From NCBI GenBank assembly GCA_036769565.1, contig DAIPKW010000001.1:44416-108415 (forward strand): a stretch of DNA of 64,000 nucleotides. The letters are read 5' to 3'. Below, one piece after another: positions 27,948-38,669 of this stretch. Origin of the DNA: Thermodesulfobacteriota bacterium. Its GTDB lineage: Bacteria; Desulfobacterota; BSN033; UBA1163. Within the stretch, counting starts at the first letter, position 1. Each line of letters opens with the position of its first letter. A model generated the notes under the pieces. It saw only the letters and a list, made by a program, of their open reading frames with translations. It searched no databases and was not told the origin of the DNA. The position numbers and the translations under genes were made by a program.

Positions 27948-29078
27948 CTATCCATGATAAATCCTTGGCACCCGCTTCCCAATCATGCACAACACTTCGT
28001 ATGGGATGGAACCGATCTTTCTGGCCATCTCATCCGCTGTGATCTGCTCCTTGCCCTGTCTTCCAATCAAAATAACCTCATCTCCATGCGATACGTCAGG
28101 GATATCGGTGACGTCGACCATGATCAGATCCATGCAGACTCTTCCTATCACAGGAGCCCTCTTTCCTCGAATGAGAACCTCGCCCTGATTGGAGAGACGA
28201 GTGTTGTATCCATCCGCATATCCGATGGGAAGGGTCGCAATCCGACTCTTTCTCCGTGTTATAAATGTGCCTCCATAACTGATCCTCGTTCCAGTTGGAA
28301 CCCATTTGAGAAAGTGAATGCGGGTCTTCAAAGTGAGTACGGGTTCCAGCTCAATCCTTTTTTCGAAGAAGGGAGAGGGATAAGAGCCATAAAGCATGAT
28401 CCCGGGCCGGACCATATTTCCTGAATAGTTGGGAAAGGCAATCGAGGTCGCGCTGCTGGCCATGTGAATATATCGGCTTGAGACTCCCATCGATTTTGCC
28501 TGCACGATCGCCTCTTGAAATTTTTCCCACTGGGATAAAGTGTAAACCTCCTCACCATCGGTCATGGCAAAATGGGAAAGGAGACCTTCAATCTCGATAT
28601 TGGGAATCTCTATCATCTCTTTTAAAAAATCGAGAAAATCACGATAAGGCACTCCAAGCCTTCCCATCCCTGTATCCACTTTGATATGGACTTTTGCCTT
28701 TCTTCTCCTCTTTTTCGCTGCTTTAGATAAACGTCTTAAAGATTCGATGTCAAAAACAACCGGTGTGAGGCCGTAACGAAGGATCTCTTCCTCACCCTCC
28801 TGGAAAAATCCTCCCAAGATCAGTATGGGAGCCCTCACTCCCCCTTTTCTTAAAGCCACCCCTTCTTCAGCAATCGCAACGCCCAAATATCCCACGCCCA
28901 TCCCTTCCAGCTTCAGGGAAACGGGCAAGGCTCCATGGCCATAGGCATCTGCCTTAACGACGGCTAAAATGGAAACACCTTTAGGAATACTTTTTTTGAT
29001 CTGCCGATAATTGAATGCGAGCGCTCGCAGATCGATCTCTGCAATGGTGGGCCTTCCATAGGAAATAGGGGTTTTCAT
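27948..29078 (-). CDS. alr: Alanine racemase
   Basis: AVVKADAYGHG PLP-lysine motif, 376 aa. Confidence 0.85.
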   Translation of the reverse strand: MKTPISYGRPTIAEIDLRALAFNYRQIKKSIPKGVSILAVVKADAYGHGALPVSLKLEGMGVGYLGVAIAEEGVALRKGGVRAPILILGGFFQEGEEEILRYGLTPVVFDIESLRRLSKAAKKRRRKAKVHIKVDTGMGRLGVPYRDFLDFLKEMIEIPNIEIEGLLSHFAMTDGEEVYTLSQWEKFQEAIVQAKSMGVSSRYIHMASSATSIAFPNYSGNMVRPGIMLYGSYPSPFFEKRIELEPVLTLKTRIHFLKWVPTGTRISYGGTFITRRKSRIATLPIGYADGYNTRLSNQGEVLIRGKRAPVIGRVCMDLIMVDVTDIPDVSHGDEVILIGRQGKEQITADEMARKIGSIPYEVLCMIGKRVPRIYHG

Positions 29079-29313
29079 TCGACTCGTCCTATTTCAAAAA
29101 ACAGAATTTTCATAACATCAACCCCAACGTAAAGTCAATCAACATAGGAATGGGATTGAGATAGATATACTCAACTCACTTCAAAACGATGAGACCGTAT
29201 CTAAAATAGAAAAGGCGGCAGATCGAAGGTTTGTCGATTCGGATGGATCAATCTCAGAAACCATTAACTTATTCTCAGATTGAGACTCTTGAAGTTAAAA
29301 GCCAACTGCTCCA

Positions 29314-29772
29314 TCAAACCAATTTTCTAACCATGGCCACTTCATCACAATCTGGAAATTTAACACATTTGAGACAATCTGCCCAAATCTTGTGGGGAAG
29401 AACGCTCTTATCCACGAGATTAAAATTTAACTTCTCAAAAAAATCTGGGCGATAGGTGAGCGCAAACACCCTCTTCGCGCCGAGAGCCTTGGCCTCCTTA
29501 AGACAGGCTCTCACCAACTTCGCCCCAATTCCCTTCTTGCGAGCTCCTTCCTCAACAGCCAGAGACCGGACCTCTGCCAGATCTTCCCAACAGATATGGA
29601 GAGCGCAGATGCCGACCACCTTTCGATTCTCGATGAAAACGAAAAAGTCTCTGAGATGGTCATAAAGATCCACCAGTGAGCGTGGAAGGATATCCCCACG
29701 AGTCGAATATTGCTTGATCAACCGCTGAATCTCCTTCACATCCTTTAATGTGGCTTTACGTATCATTCCCAT
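29314..29772 (-). CDS. GNAT family N-acetyltransferase (short ArgA-like)
   Basis: Acetyl-CoA motif RKKGIGAKLV. The ORF extends to 29841, and an internal Met is the more likely start. Confidence 0.65.
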   Translation of the reverse strand: MGMIRKATLKDVKEIQRLIKQYSTRGDILPRSLVDLYDHLRDFFVFIENRKVVGICALHICWEDLAEVRSLAVEEGARKKGIGAKLVRACLKEAKALGAKRVFALTYRPDFFEKLNFNLVDKSVLPHKIWADCLKCVKFPDCDEVAMVRKLV

Positions 29773-29871
29773 CCCCTTTCGTGAATCGTGATCGGCCCTC
29801 CATGACTCGCCAAATGAAACATGGAACCCCTTTCTAACCATTACCGAAGTTACCGAAGCACAAGAAACGCT

Positions 29872-31551
29872 TCACAATCTTCTGGCATTCTCAATCATCT
29901 CTTTGGCATGGGCTCGGGTCTTTTCTGTCACCTTCATACCGCCTAACATCCTTGCGATCTCATCCACAATCGCTTCTTTCTCTAAACGCTCAACAACGGT
30001 AACCGTCCGGTTTCCTCTCACCACTTTTCCCACGCAATAGTGTGTGTCCGCATAGCATGCAATCTGTGGAAGATGGGTGACGCAGAGGATCTGATGGTGT
30101 TTAGAAAGGTCCTTCAATGTTCTCCCAACCACCTCTGCAACCGCTCCCCCGATTCCGGAATCGACTTCATCAAAGATCAAAACCTGTCTTCCTCCGACTC
30201 TGGCCAAAATCTTCTTCATGGCTAACATCATCCTGGAAAGCTCTCCTCCTGAGGCGATTTTGGCAAGAGGTTTAACTTCCTCTCCTACATTTGGAGAAAT
30301 GAGAAACTCCACCCGATCCAATCCTTTCGGTGAAAGATCACCCTCCTCCATCCGAACTTCAAAAGTCGTCTTCCTCATCCCCAGGTTTCCCAACTCCCGC
30401 TCGACGGCTCTCTTTAACTCAGAAGCCACCCTCTTTCGCTCCCGTGAAAGTCTCCTCGCCAGAGCAATCATCTCTCCTTGAAGGGAGAACCGCATGCCCT
30501 CCAAATGAGAAAGCTTTTCTTCATTCGAACTAAAGGCGTTCAACGTCTTTTTGATCTTCTCCCGAAAGGCGAGTACCTCTTCCACGGTTGGACCATATTT
30601 CCTTTTCAGACGGCCAATCTCCTCCAGCCGGTTTCCGACCTCTTCCAATCGCATGGGGTTGACTTCGATCCTTTTCAGATAATCCCTCAGACTGTGAACA
30701 ACCTCTTCCAGTTGGATGGAGGTTGCCTCAAGATTCCTCATCGTTTCTGAAAGTGATGGGTCGATGGCCATCATCTCGCTTCCCTGACGGATGATCGTCT
30801 GAATCCGTTCAATGGTAGAACCCTCTCCTTCGTAAAGCAATTCATTGGAAAGACGTACAAAATCCATCAACTTTCTGGAGTGGCTAAGAATCCTCTGTTC
30901 CTCTTTAAGGGCTTCCTCTTCTCCCACACGAATACCAGAACCCTCAATCTCCCTCAATTGGAAACTCATGAGCTCTTTCTCTTTTGCCACTCTCTCTCTC
31001 TCTTCTTGAATCCGCTTGATCTGTCCAGAGAGAGAGAGGAATCTTTCGAAATATTCCTGATATTCCTTCCTGAGATTGACCAACCCACCAAACTCATCCA
31101 GGATGTCAAGATGGGTTTCAACGCGCTGTAAAGACTGATGTTCGTGCTGACCATAGATGCTGAGCAATCTCTCTCCTACCTCAGCGAGTGTCCCGAGCGT
31201 TGTCAGATTCTCATTGAGGAAGGCTTTCCCCCTTCCTGAACGGGAGAGCATCCGGCTGATCAGACAGACATTCCCATCTGCAGCGGTATTGGTTCTTGTT
31301 GCCTTTTCTCTGACCTTCTCCTTTATCTCAGGATTTTCAGTAATATCGAAGAGGGCCTCGATGCTCGCCTCCTCTTCAGAACTTCGGATCAGTTCTTCGC
31401 TGGCCTTATCACCCATCAGGAGGTGAACCGCATTGAGGATGATCGATTTGCCTGCCCCTGTCTCACCGGTGATGACATTGAACCCCTTTGAGAAGGAGAG
31501 GTTCAATTCATCAATAATGGCAAAATTTCTAATCCGTAGTTCCAGCAACAT
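29872..31551 (-). CDS. recN: DNA repair protein RecN
   Basis: N-terminal Walker A GETGAGKSI, a long coiled coil and a C-terminal signature/Walker B region. Confidence 0.9.
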   Translation of the reverse strand: MLLELRIRNFAIIDELNLSFSKGFNVITGETGAGKSIILNAVHLLMGDKASEELIRSSEEEASIEALFDITENPEIKEKVREKATRTNTAADGNVCLISRMLSRSGRGKAFLNENLTTLGTLAEVGERLLSIYGQHEHQSLQRVETHLDILDEFGGLVNLRKEYQEYFERFLSLSGQIKRIQEERERVAKEKELMSFQLREIEGSGIRVGEEEALKEEQRILSHSRKLMDFVRLSNELLYEGEGSTIERIQTIIRQGSEMMAIDPSLSETMRNLEATSIQLEEVVHSLRDYLKRIEVNPMRLEEVGNRLEEIGRLKRKYGPTVEEVLAFREKIKKTLNAFSSNEEKLSHLEGMRFSLQGEMIALARRLSRERKRVASELKRAVERELGNLGMRKTTFEVRMEEGDLSPKGLDRVEFLISPNVGEEVKPLAKIASGGELSRMMLAMKKILARVGGRQVLIFDEVDSGIGGAVAEVVGRTLKDLSKHHQILCVTHLPQIACYADTHYCVGKVVRGNRTVTVVERLEKEAIVDEIARMLGGMKVTEKTRAHAKEMIENARRL

Positions 31552-31637
31552 AAATCATACATAACAAGTTCCGAATTCACAGTTTGGAGTTCAAATGATG
31601 AAACCTCCGAGCCCCTAACTCTAAACCCCGAACCGTT

Positions 31638-32522
31638 TTATCTCTCTCCCCACTTCAGTTTTTCTCTCAGCACCTCAAAGTAATGGCGGTAGGGCGATTT
31701 GATTAAAAGAATCTTACCCTCAGCTTTTTTTACTTCCACAACATCTCCATACTCCAATATGAATCCCTGTTGTCCATCTAAGGTTAGAAGAACCTCCTGC
31801 TGCTTGGACTTCAAGATGGCACGGACCTCCACATCATCCGGAACCATAATTGGACGATTGGTCAGCGTGTGGGGGCAGATTGGCGTGATGATGATGCAGT
31901 GGAGGGATGGATAGACAATGGGCCCTCCGGCAGAAAGGTTGTAAGCCGTGGAGCCTGTGGGCGTCGAAAGGATCAACCCATCCGATTTGAAGGTGGTCAG
32001 GTACTCTCCATTGATCGTCGTCTCAATATCAATAATTCGGGCTAAAGCTCCCTTATTGATCACCGCATCGTTTAAGACGACAAACTCCGCAAGCCTCTCT
32101 CCCCGGCGGACCACCCCAGCCTTCAGGATAACCCTCTCATCAGTTACAAAATCTCCCTCGATGACCCGTTCAAGAACACGATAAAGCTCATCGAGTGTGA
32201 TCTCCGTTAAAAATCCAAGTCCTCCAAGATTCACTCCGAGAATGGGAACATCATGGTCCCCAATAAGTCGAGCCACGCTGAGTAGTGTGCCATCGCCTCC
32301 AAGGACGATGATCATTTCTGCATGGGAAGGAATCTCCTCTTTCTTCATTCCGCTCAAAAAAGGCCTGTTCTGAGTTCTGCGGATTACAGCTTCTACCCCT
32401 TCTTCAGTAAAAACTTCGATTCCTTTGGAACCCAACCATTCGATCAACCGACTGGTAATGGTCACAGCTTCAGGTTTATTCTGTTTAGCGATGATACCGA
32501 TTCGTTTCATTATTGGCCTCAT
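31638..32522 (-). CDS. nadK: NAD kinase
   Basis: GGDGTLL motif. nadK-recN adjacency is conserved. Confidence 0.85.
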   Translation of the reverse strand: MRPIMKRIGIIAKQNKPEAVTITSRLIEWLGSKGIEVFTEEGVEAVIRRTQNRPFLSGMKKEEIPSHAEMIIVLGGDGTLLSVARLIGDHDVPILGVNLGGLGFLTEITLDELYRVLERVIEGDFVTDERVILKAGVVRRGERLAEFVVLNDAVINKGALARIIDIETTINGEYLTTFKSDGLILSTPTGSTAYNLSAGGPIVYPSLHCIIITPICPHTLTNRPIMVPDDVEVRAILKSKQQEVLLTLDGQQGFILEYGDVVEVKKAEGKILLIKSPYRHYFEVLREKLKWGER

Positions 32523-32708
32523 TAGAATATCGAATTGATTTTTTCACAGAGACACACTCTCTCGATCAGGTTTCACTCCGATGGTACATAAGCGATGGAT
32601 CTTTGTCAATCGAAAGGTGATGGATGAGCCCAGCAAACTTCCACGCCGCCTGACCCCATTCGAAAGCCCTGTTGTTTGCCCCTTACGAAGCTCCGTTTCT
32701 ATCAGGGC

Positions 32709-33200
32709 TTATTGATTCCGAACAACCTCTTTTCCATCCTCCCTTTCGTTTGTTATCTTTTCGAACCGTACTGAAGAGGGTTCGCAGAAATTTGGAACTG
32801 AGAGAAGGTAGAGGGTAACACCGATAGCAATCCCAATTAAAATAACCTTGACCATGCAAGGACGGACGATAAAAAGGGCTGAGATGAGAATCATCAACCA
32901 GAGCAGGGAAATGGACAAGGCTTTTACCCGTGGAGGGATTCCTCTCCCTTCCCGATAATTTCGGATATATTCTGCAAACCATCGATGGTTCAAGAGCCAG
33001 TTGTAGAATCTTTCCGAACTCCGAGCATAGCATGCTGCCGCCAACAGAAGGAAAGGGGTTGTAGGGAGAACAGGCAAAAATATCCCAAGGAGTCCGAGCC
33101 CAACAAAAAAAGTGCCCACTCCCACCAACACCCACCTGATCCATCTATCTCTATGGAGCTTCTCCAATTGGTCAGTCCTCTCCTCTTTCTTCTCTTTCAA
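32709..33200 (-). CDS. ybaN: DUF454/YbaN family inner membrane protein
   Basis: GIFLPVLPTTPFLLLAAACYARSSERF signature. Confidence 0.75.
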   Translation of the reverse strand: MKEKKEERTDQLEKLHRDRWIRWVLVGVGTFFVGLGLLGIFLPVLPTTPFLLLAAACYARSSERFYNWLLNHRWFAEYIRNYREGRGIPPRVKALSISLLWLMILISALFIVRPCMVKVILIGIAIGVTLYLLSVPNFCEPSSVRFEKITNEREDGKEVVRNQ

Positions 33201-33285
33201 TCTAATAAGAAGCTAATCAATTTTTTTAAAAAAGGCAATCCTTAACAAAAGGTTTGTCATTATCGAATTAAGCCCCCCATAGCGC

Positions 33286-33314
33286 TTGGATTAGACCTTC
33301 TAACGGGGTATACT
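33286..33314 (+). promoter_or_regulatory. sigma70-type promoter TTGGAT-17-TATACT
   Basis: TTGGAT at 33286-33291, TATACT at 33309-33314, upstream of the 306-aa hypothetical gene. Confidence 0.45.
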
Positions 33315-33327
33315 ATAAAGCCAATCA

Positions 33328-34248
33328 TTGAAAATGAGAATCGAAGTATATAGAATGATATTCATGCATCTACCCATTGCTATCCTGGAAGGGAAAAAGA
33401 TTCAGAGGGTAATTTTCTCTATAGATCCACCCTCCCCCACCCTTCAGAACACCTATTTTTTAATGGAAAAGGTGTATCAGAGGGGAAGCTGGTGTTTTAA
33501 CCTTTCCACAGCCAGACATGTCGAATCCTTTCAAAGATTGAGAGAGAGAGTCGAAGATGAAACCTTAATCGGGTTCGGCCATATAGAAGCAGGGTCTGGG
33601 GTTTCCCTCATGGGAAAACCGATTCATCAGTTTGAATCGAAGGTCGCCTCAACGATCGCAAGAAATATCGTTCCCAAGGACTTAATGAGGAGACTATTTC
33701 CTAATCCACCCTTGGGTGACGTGCTGACGCAGAAAGAGATTGATCGGATGAGGTTCGATCCTTCTCGTTTCAGTCAGGCCCTCTCCCTCTACTCTTCGAA
33801 AGAGGTCCCATTTCTTCAGATCGGTGGTAAATATAGCGACTGGCTCTTAGGATTGGGAAGGGTTGACCTTTTGAGGGAGATGGTGACAGAAACGAAGAGG
33901 AAGAATTTTATCCCCATCTTCTCGGGCCAGTGGGCGACCTTCGTCTTGCCGAAGGCAAAGTCTCTTGATGTGGCAGGTTATGCCACCCCTGTTAACAAGA
34001 GAAAGAGCTTATTCGACCTCACGTTAGCAAGCGACATCATCAAAAAATTTGACAGACCAATCATCAGCCTCGATCCTCTGTCAAAAGGAAGGCTTTTAAA
34101 AAAATCGGAAGAGGCGCTCTCCTTTCTTTTTAATGAACTTAAAATCCATTCCGCCATTATAGAGGTGGCTTCCGAAGATCAAATTGAGGTCCTGTGGAGG
34201 GTGCTGGAGAAGATCCCCTCTCTCATCCCATTCCGAAAGACAGGATAA
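33328..34248 (+). CDS. Hypothetical protein
   Basis: 306-aa ORF with no motif I recognise. Soluble, mixed alpha/beta composition. Confidence 0.5.
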   Translation: MKMRIEVYRMIFMHLPIAILEGKKIQRVIFSIDPPSPTLQNTYFLMEKVYQRGSWCFNLSTARHVESFQRLRERVEDETLIGFGHIEAGSGVSLMGKPIHQFESKVASTIARNIVPKDLMRRLFPNPPLGDVLTQKEIDRMRFDPSRFSQALSLYSSKEVPFLQIGGKYSDWLLGLGRVDLLREMVTETKRKNFIPIFSGQWATFVLPKAKSLDVAGYATPVNKRKSLFDLTLASDIIKKFDRPIISLDPLSKGRLLKKSEEALSFLFNELKIHSAIIEVASEDQIEVLWRVLEKIPSLIPFRKTG

Positions 34249-34795
34249 TTCCTGCGACCAAAGGAATGGTGAAGTTATCATCCAGCGGCAAAGGAAGCAC
34301 TTCGACCAGTGTGGTTCCAACGGCGGCGATACTTCCAGCAAGACGGTCCAAACCAGGATAGATCCAGACGATCAGAAAGGATGTCATCAGAAACGCCAGG
34401 CTTCCCTCCAGCGTCTTATTAAAGATCGGAGTCCGCCCAAACCCTCTGCCCACAAGGGCTGCGGCTGTATCCGAAAGGATAAGGATCAGAAGGCTCACAA
34501 TAGCGATTGGCTTGGGAAAGAGCAGAATGGTCATGATTGAAGCAAAGAGAAAATAAGTGGAGCCCATGAGGGTCGGTTTCTCTCTTTCCCGCAGCACCCT
34601 TCCGAAAAAATGCTTTTGGAAAAGAGAGGCCAATCCCGGATGATAATGGCGAACCAGGTCAACCAAAAGATAAAGGAGAAAGAAAGGAACGAGAAAGGTG
34701 AGAACGGTGGTATCCGAGGTGAAGCCATAACCAACAGGAATCACCAGGGTGGCCAGGTGAACCAGCTTCCTTTTAACCTCAATGCCTGTAATCAT
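34223..34795 (-). CDS. CTP-transferase-like membrane protein (CdsA/dolichol kinase superfamily)
   Basis: 190 aa, about 5 TM segments. The SDTAAALVGRGFGRT motif resembles the CdsA C-terminal signature. Confidence 0.5.
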   Translation of the reverse strand: MITGIEVKRKLVHLATLVIPVGYGFTSDTTVLTFLVPFFLLYLLVDLVRHYHPGLASLFQKHFFGRVLREREKPTLMGSTYFLFASIMTILLFPKPIAIVSLLILILSDTAAALVGRGFGRTPIFNKTLEGSLAFLMTSFLIVWIYPGLDRLAGSIAAVGTTLVEVLPLPLDDNFTIPLVAGIILSFGMG

Positions 34796-34844
34796 CTCTC
34801 TTCTCTTCTATCTTTTGGTGATCACTGATAACTGATCACTGATT

Positions 34845-35606
34845 TCAATCGTCCTCCTTCTCTCTCTCCCTCTTCCCTCGTCTCTCATCCGTCGTCTTCC
34901 TCAAATTCTCCTTCTCTTCTTCCGTAAGAGGTCGCCAATGGCCAACCGGAAGATCTCCGAGTCGAATCGGTCCAAATTTCACCCGCTTTAACTTAACGAC
35001 AGGATGGCCTACGGCCGAGAAGATTCTTTTGACCAGATGGTTTCTCCCCTCAGTGACCACTGCCTCAACCCAACAACTCTTTTCCGCCTTACGAAAAACA
35101 CGGATCGAGTTAACCCTTGCCTCACCGTCCTCAAGCATGACTCCCTTCTTCAGCCACAATAACTCTTGTTGCTCAAGATGGCCCTCCACTTTGGCCCAGT
35201 AAGTTCTGGGAATGGAGTACTTGGGATGGGTAAGTTGATGGGCAAGTTCCCCATCATTGGTTAGGAGCAGTAGACCCTCTGCATCAAAATCGAGGCGGCC
35301 AATTGGATAGAGCCGCTCTCTCACCTTTTGAAGGAGGTCCTTTACGGTCGGCCTTCCTAAGGGGTCTTTCACGGTTGAAAGATACCCTCTGGGCTTATTG
35401 AGAAGGACTGTTCTTTTCGGCTCAAGTCGGAGTATTCTCTTTCCATCCACCTTAATATGGTCTCTCACTGGATCGGCTTTGAGTCCGAGTTGATCAACAA
35501 CCTGCCCGTTTACCGAAACCCTTCCCTCAAGTATCATCCTCTCGGCTTCACGTCGTGAGGCAACACCAGCGCGGGCTAATATCTTTTGAATTCTTTCAAG
35601 CCCCAT
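34845..35606 (-). CDS. rluB: Pseudouridine synthase, RsuA/RluB family
   Basis: N-terminal S4 domain LQKILARAGVASRREAE and a catalytic Asp in GRLD. Confidence 0.8.
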   Translation of the reverse strand: MGLERIQKILARAGVASRREAERMILEGRVSVNGQVVDQLGLKADPVRDHIKVDGKRILRLEPKRTVLLNKPRGYLSTVKDPLGRPTVKDLLQKVRERLYPIGRLDFDAEGLLLLTNDGELAHQLTHPKYSIPRTYWAKVEGHLEQQELLWLKKGVMLEDGEARVNSIRVFRKAEKSCWVEAVVTEGRNHLVKRIFSAVGHPVVKLKRVKFGPIRLGDLPVGHWRPLTEEEKENLRKTTDERRGKREREKEDD

Positions 35607-35614
35607 AGGATTCC

Positions 35615-36220
35615 CTAATCTCCCGCTTCATCATTGGAAGCGACTGAGCTCTCCACTTTTGAAACGGTCTCTGGTTCCGGAGGAGGTTGAACTTCCTTTA
35701 AGGTAGGAAGATCAGAGAGGGTGTTGAGGTTAAAGAGTTCAAGAAAAGTTTTGGTAGTTCCATAGATGAGGGGACGCCCTGGAATCTCTTTTCTTCCCAC
35801 AATGCGGATCAATCCCTTCTCCAAAAGGGACCGGATCACCCATCCTGAATCCACGCCTCGAATCTCTTCAATGGTGGGCCGAATCACGGGCTGTCGATAG
35901 GCAATGATGGCAAGTGTCTCTAATGCGGATTGACTCAGCTTCACCGGCTTCGTCTTTTTAAGTCGGTTGACCCACGACGCCCATTGAGGTTTGGTTCGGA
36001 ACTGGTATCCACCTGCCACTTCAACCAGCTCCACCCCTCTGGAACGATCTTCACAATCTTTTTTGATTTCAGCAATTCCCTGCAACAGGGCTTCCCTATC
36101 CCATTCGTGGAGGATCTCCTCTAAAGCATCGAGCTTTACCGGTGAATCTGAAACGAACAGAATGCCCTCAAGTATTGGTTTAAGATCTTGTCCGTCTATC
36201 ATGAGTGGCCCATTCATCAC
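35615..36220 (-). CDS. scpB: Segregation and condensation protein B
   Basis: ScpB winged-helix repeats, 201 aa. Confidence 0.75.
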   Translation of the reverse strand: MMNGPLMIDGQDLKPILEGILFVSDSPVKLDALEEILHEWDREALLQGIAEIKKDCEDRSRGVELVEVAGGYQFRTKPQWASWVNRLKKTKPVKLSQSALETLAIIAYRQPVIRPTIEEIRGVDSGWVIRSLLEKGLIRIVGRKEIPGRPLIYGTTKTFLELFNLNTLSDLPTLKEVQPPPEPETVSKVESSVASNDEAGD

Positions 36221-36268
36221 CCTTCAGGGAGGTCTATTGGGAAATGAGAGAGAAGTTGATTCCCGATT

Positions 36269-36496
36269 CTATTTCTGTTCGAACAGCTCTATCTTTTCGC
36301 CTGTGGTGATCGAAGATATGGCATGTTTGTAGATCAACTCATCTCCCTTGCCTCGGAGGACGACGCAAAAGTTATCAAAGCTTTGAATCACTCCTTCCAG
36401 TTTACGTCCTGTCACTAATTCCACGACGACGTGATTTCGGTCTCGCCTGATCCGATTTAAAAATTGATCCTGCACATTGATCTGGTTCTTTATCAT
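36269..36496 (-). CDS. hfq: RNA chaperone Hfq
   Basis: 75 aa. Sm1/Sm2 motifs VVVELVTGRKLEGVIQSFDNFCVVL...YKHAISS. Confidence 0.9.
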   Translation of the reverse strand: MIKNQINVQDQFLNRIRRDRNHVVVELVTGRKLEGVIQSFDNFCVVLRGKGDELIYKHAISSITTGEKIELFEQK

Positions 36497-37470
36497 GGAT
36501 CCTTGCCCTCCTCTCGGTTACAAGTCACCTCTTCTCCCAAAAAAGACCTAACCTCTGAAAATATCTTCTTCCGATCAACAGACCCATCGTGCCAGAAAAC
36601 TTCAGGGTCTGACTTAAACCAGGTCCATTGCCGTTTGGCGTAATGGCGTGTATCTCTCTTCATCTGTCGTACCGCCTCATCCCATCCCAACTGTTTCAAA
36701 AGAAATTGAACCATCTGTTTATAACCCAGACTCTGCATCGGCTTCAATTCCGGTCCATAACCCATCTGGAGTAATGCGTCCACCTCTTTGAGAAACTCTC
36801 TTTCGATCATTCGCTCCACTCGCTCTTCGATCCGCCGATAAAGTTTTTCACGCTCCATCTCTAAACCGATCTTAAGTGTGAGATAAGGGCGATCTCCAAA
36901 ACGGTGCTGCTCCCTGAAGAAGGAGATGGGGAAACCGGTCGATTCGAAGACCTCCAATGCCCTTATCGTTCGGAAAAGGTCATTTGCATGGATACGACTG
37001 GCTGCCTCCGGATCCACTTTTTTTAACCGTTCGTGGAGTAATCCTCCTCCCTTCTCTTCTGCTTCCTCCTTTAACCTCTTTCGGATGGAGGGGTCTACCT
37101 TAGGACTGGCGAAGAGGCCCTGGGTAAGGACTTTAATGTAGAGGCCGGTTCCTCCTACAACAAAAACAGGGGTGTGATTTCGATACAACCGATCGACAGT
37201 CTTTCTTCCCAGTGTCCGGTAGAGACCTGCATGAAAAGGTTGATCCGGAAAGACGATATCCAGCAGATGATGCTTGACCCTCTGCTGCTCTTGCGGCGTT
37301 GGTTTGGCCGTTCCGATATCCATATACCGATAAACCTGCATCGAATCGGCATTGAGAATCTCTCCTCCAAAGGCTTCAGCCAGTTCGATGGCCAGGGCTG
37401 ATTTTCCTGCGCCAGTTGGGCCCAGCAGAATCACCAACCGAGGTTTTACCCTATCGATCACCACGGCCAT
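36493..37470 (-). CDS. miaA: tRNA dimethylallyltransferase
   Basis: GPTGAGKS P-loop...DSMQVYR...DIGTAKP. miaA-hfq is a conserved pair. Confidence 0.9.
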   Translation of the reverse strand: MAVVIDRVKPRLVILLGPTGAGKSALAIELAEAFGGEILNADSMQVYRYMDIGTAKPTPQEQQRVKHHLLDIVFPDQPFHAGLYRTLGRKTVDRLYRNHTPVFVVGGTGLYIKVLTQGLFASPKVDPSIRKRLKEEAEEKGGGLLHERLKKVDPEAASRIHANDLFRTIRALEVFESTGFPISFFREQHRFGDRPYLTLKIGLEMEREKLYRRIEERVERMIEREFLKEVDALLQMGYGPELKPMQSLGYKQMVQFLLKQLGWDEAVRQMKRDTRHYAKRQWTWFKSDPEVFWHDGSVDRKKIFSEVRSFLGEEVTCNREEGKDP

Positions 37471-37726
37471 ACGGATTGCATTTTAATGAATTTATCGGGG
37501 GACTTCAAGCCAAACATTCTCCCAAATCTCGATTTAGTAAAGGGACCTCCATTTCGAAATCGGGTTTTGGGTTCCCGACATAAAAGGAGAAGGTAGTTCA
37601 GAACTGGATCCAAAATCTTCTTGAAATCTGATCCTGCATTGTTTAAATTATACGAGTAATCTCACATCCGGAAACCTGTTGAATCCCTTGACTCATTCTT
37701 ATAAATCTTCTAACAGGGAGCCAGCA

Positions 37727-38536
37727 ATGTTATCTTCTTATACCAACCCAAGGACCAATCCCGAATTAAAAAGCCTATACGAAATCTCCTTGCTCCAGCC
37801 CCAGCCAAAACTCCAGGACTATTTTCTTAGGGTGATGACCACACTCGCCGAATATTTTTCCGTGAATTACGGAGCGATTATCCTTCGGGATGACAAGAGG
37901 GATTCGCTCCATGTGGAAGCCCTTTATGGAATAGAGATGGAAAAACATCCCCGTCTCTGTTCCTCCAGAAAGGGAGTGATTGGGGAAGTTCTCCGATCTC
38001 GCCAACCCATGCCCATTCATGACTTAAACCATGAGCCTCTCTATGAGGAAACCCTAAAAAGCCAGAAACAGGCCGAGAAGATTCGGTCTCCACTCCTCTG
38101 TATTCCGCTAATCGCTGAGAGGGAAACGATTGGAGCGTTGAACATCAACCCCCTTTATGGGTCCAAAAATGAGTTTGCTGAAGACTTTCATTTTCTGGCT
38201 GTCCTTTCTGCGATTCTCTCTCCTATGATCAGAAATTATCATTTCAAAATGGAAGGTTGGCATACCGAATCAAATCCGTCAAAATTGAAAACCGCAATGT
38301 TAGAGGAAATTCTTAAGGAGCGGTTGACAGAGATGTTGAACCGGATTGACCCTTACGTCGAGTTAAAGAGCAAAACAGGTCTTCTTGGCGACATCATCTC
38401 ACTGGTAGAGAAAATTATGATCAAATCCGCTCTCGAAAAAGTGGGCGATGTTCAGACCTTAGCAGCCCAACTGCTGGGGATCAATCGCAACACCCTTCGA
38501 ACAAAGATGAAAGAGTATAAGATTAAATCACGCTGA
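37727..38536 (+). CDS. GAF domain protein with C-terminal Fis-type HTH (NifA/NtrC-like C-terminus without the AAA+ module)
   Basis: GAF-like central region and a C-terminal LAAQLLGINRNTLRTKMKEY Fis-family HTH. Start at 37727 with an AGGGAG RBS. The ORF extends to 37679. Confidence 0.6.
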   Translation: MLSSYTNPRTNPELKSLYEISLLQPQPKLQDYFLRVMTTLAEYFSVNYGAIILRDDKRDSLHVEALYGIEMEKHPRLCSSRKGVIGEVLRSRQPMPIHDLNHEPLYEETLKSQKQAEKIRSPLLCIPLIAERETIGALNINPLYGSKNEFAEDFHFLAVLSAILSPMIRNYHFKMEGWHTESNPSKLKTAMLEEILKERLTEMLNRIDPYVELKSKTGLLGDIISLVEKIMIKSALEKVGDVQTLAAQLLGINRNTLRTKMKEYKIKSR

Positions 38537-38669
38537 TTCCATTGCGGAACGAAGATTGCCGATTACGGAATTAAATTCCAAAATCCCTGTCTTCGGCAGC
38601 TCAGCCTGTTCCAAAATCCGAACGGAAAATTCCCTTGCAATCATTCCATTAAAAAGTCAGAATTTAAAT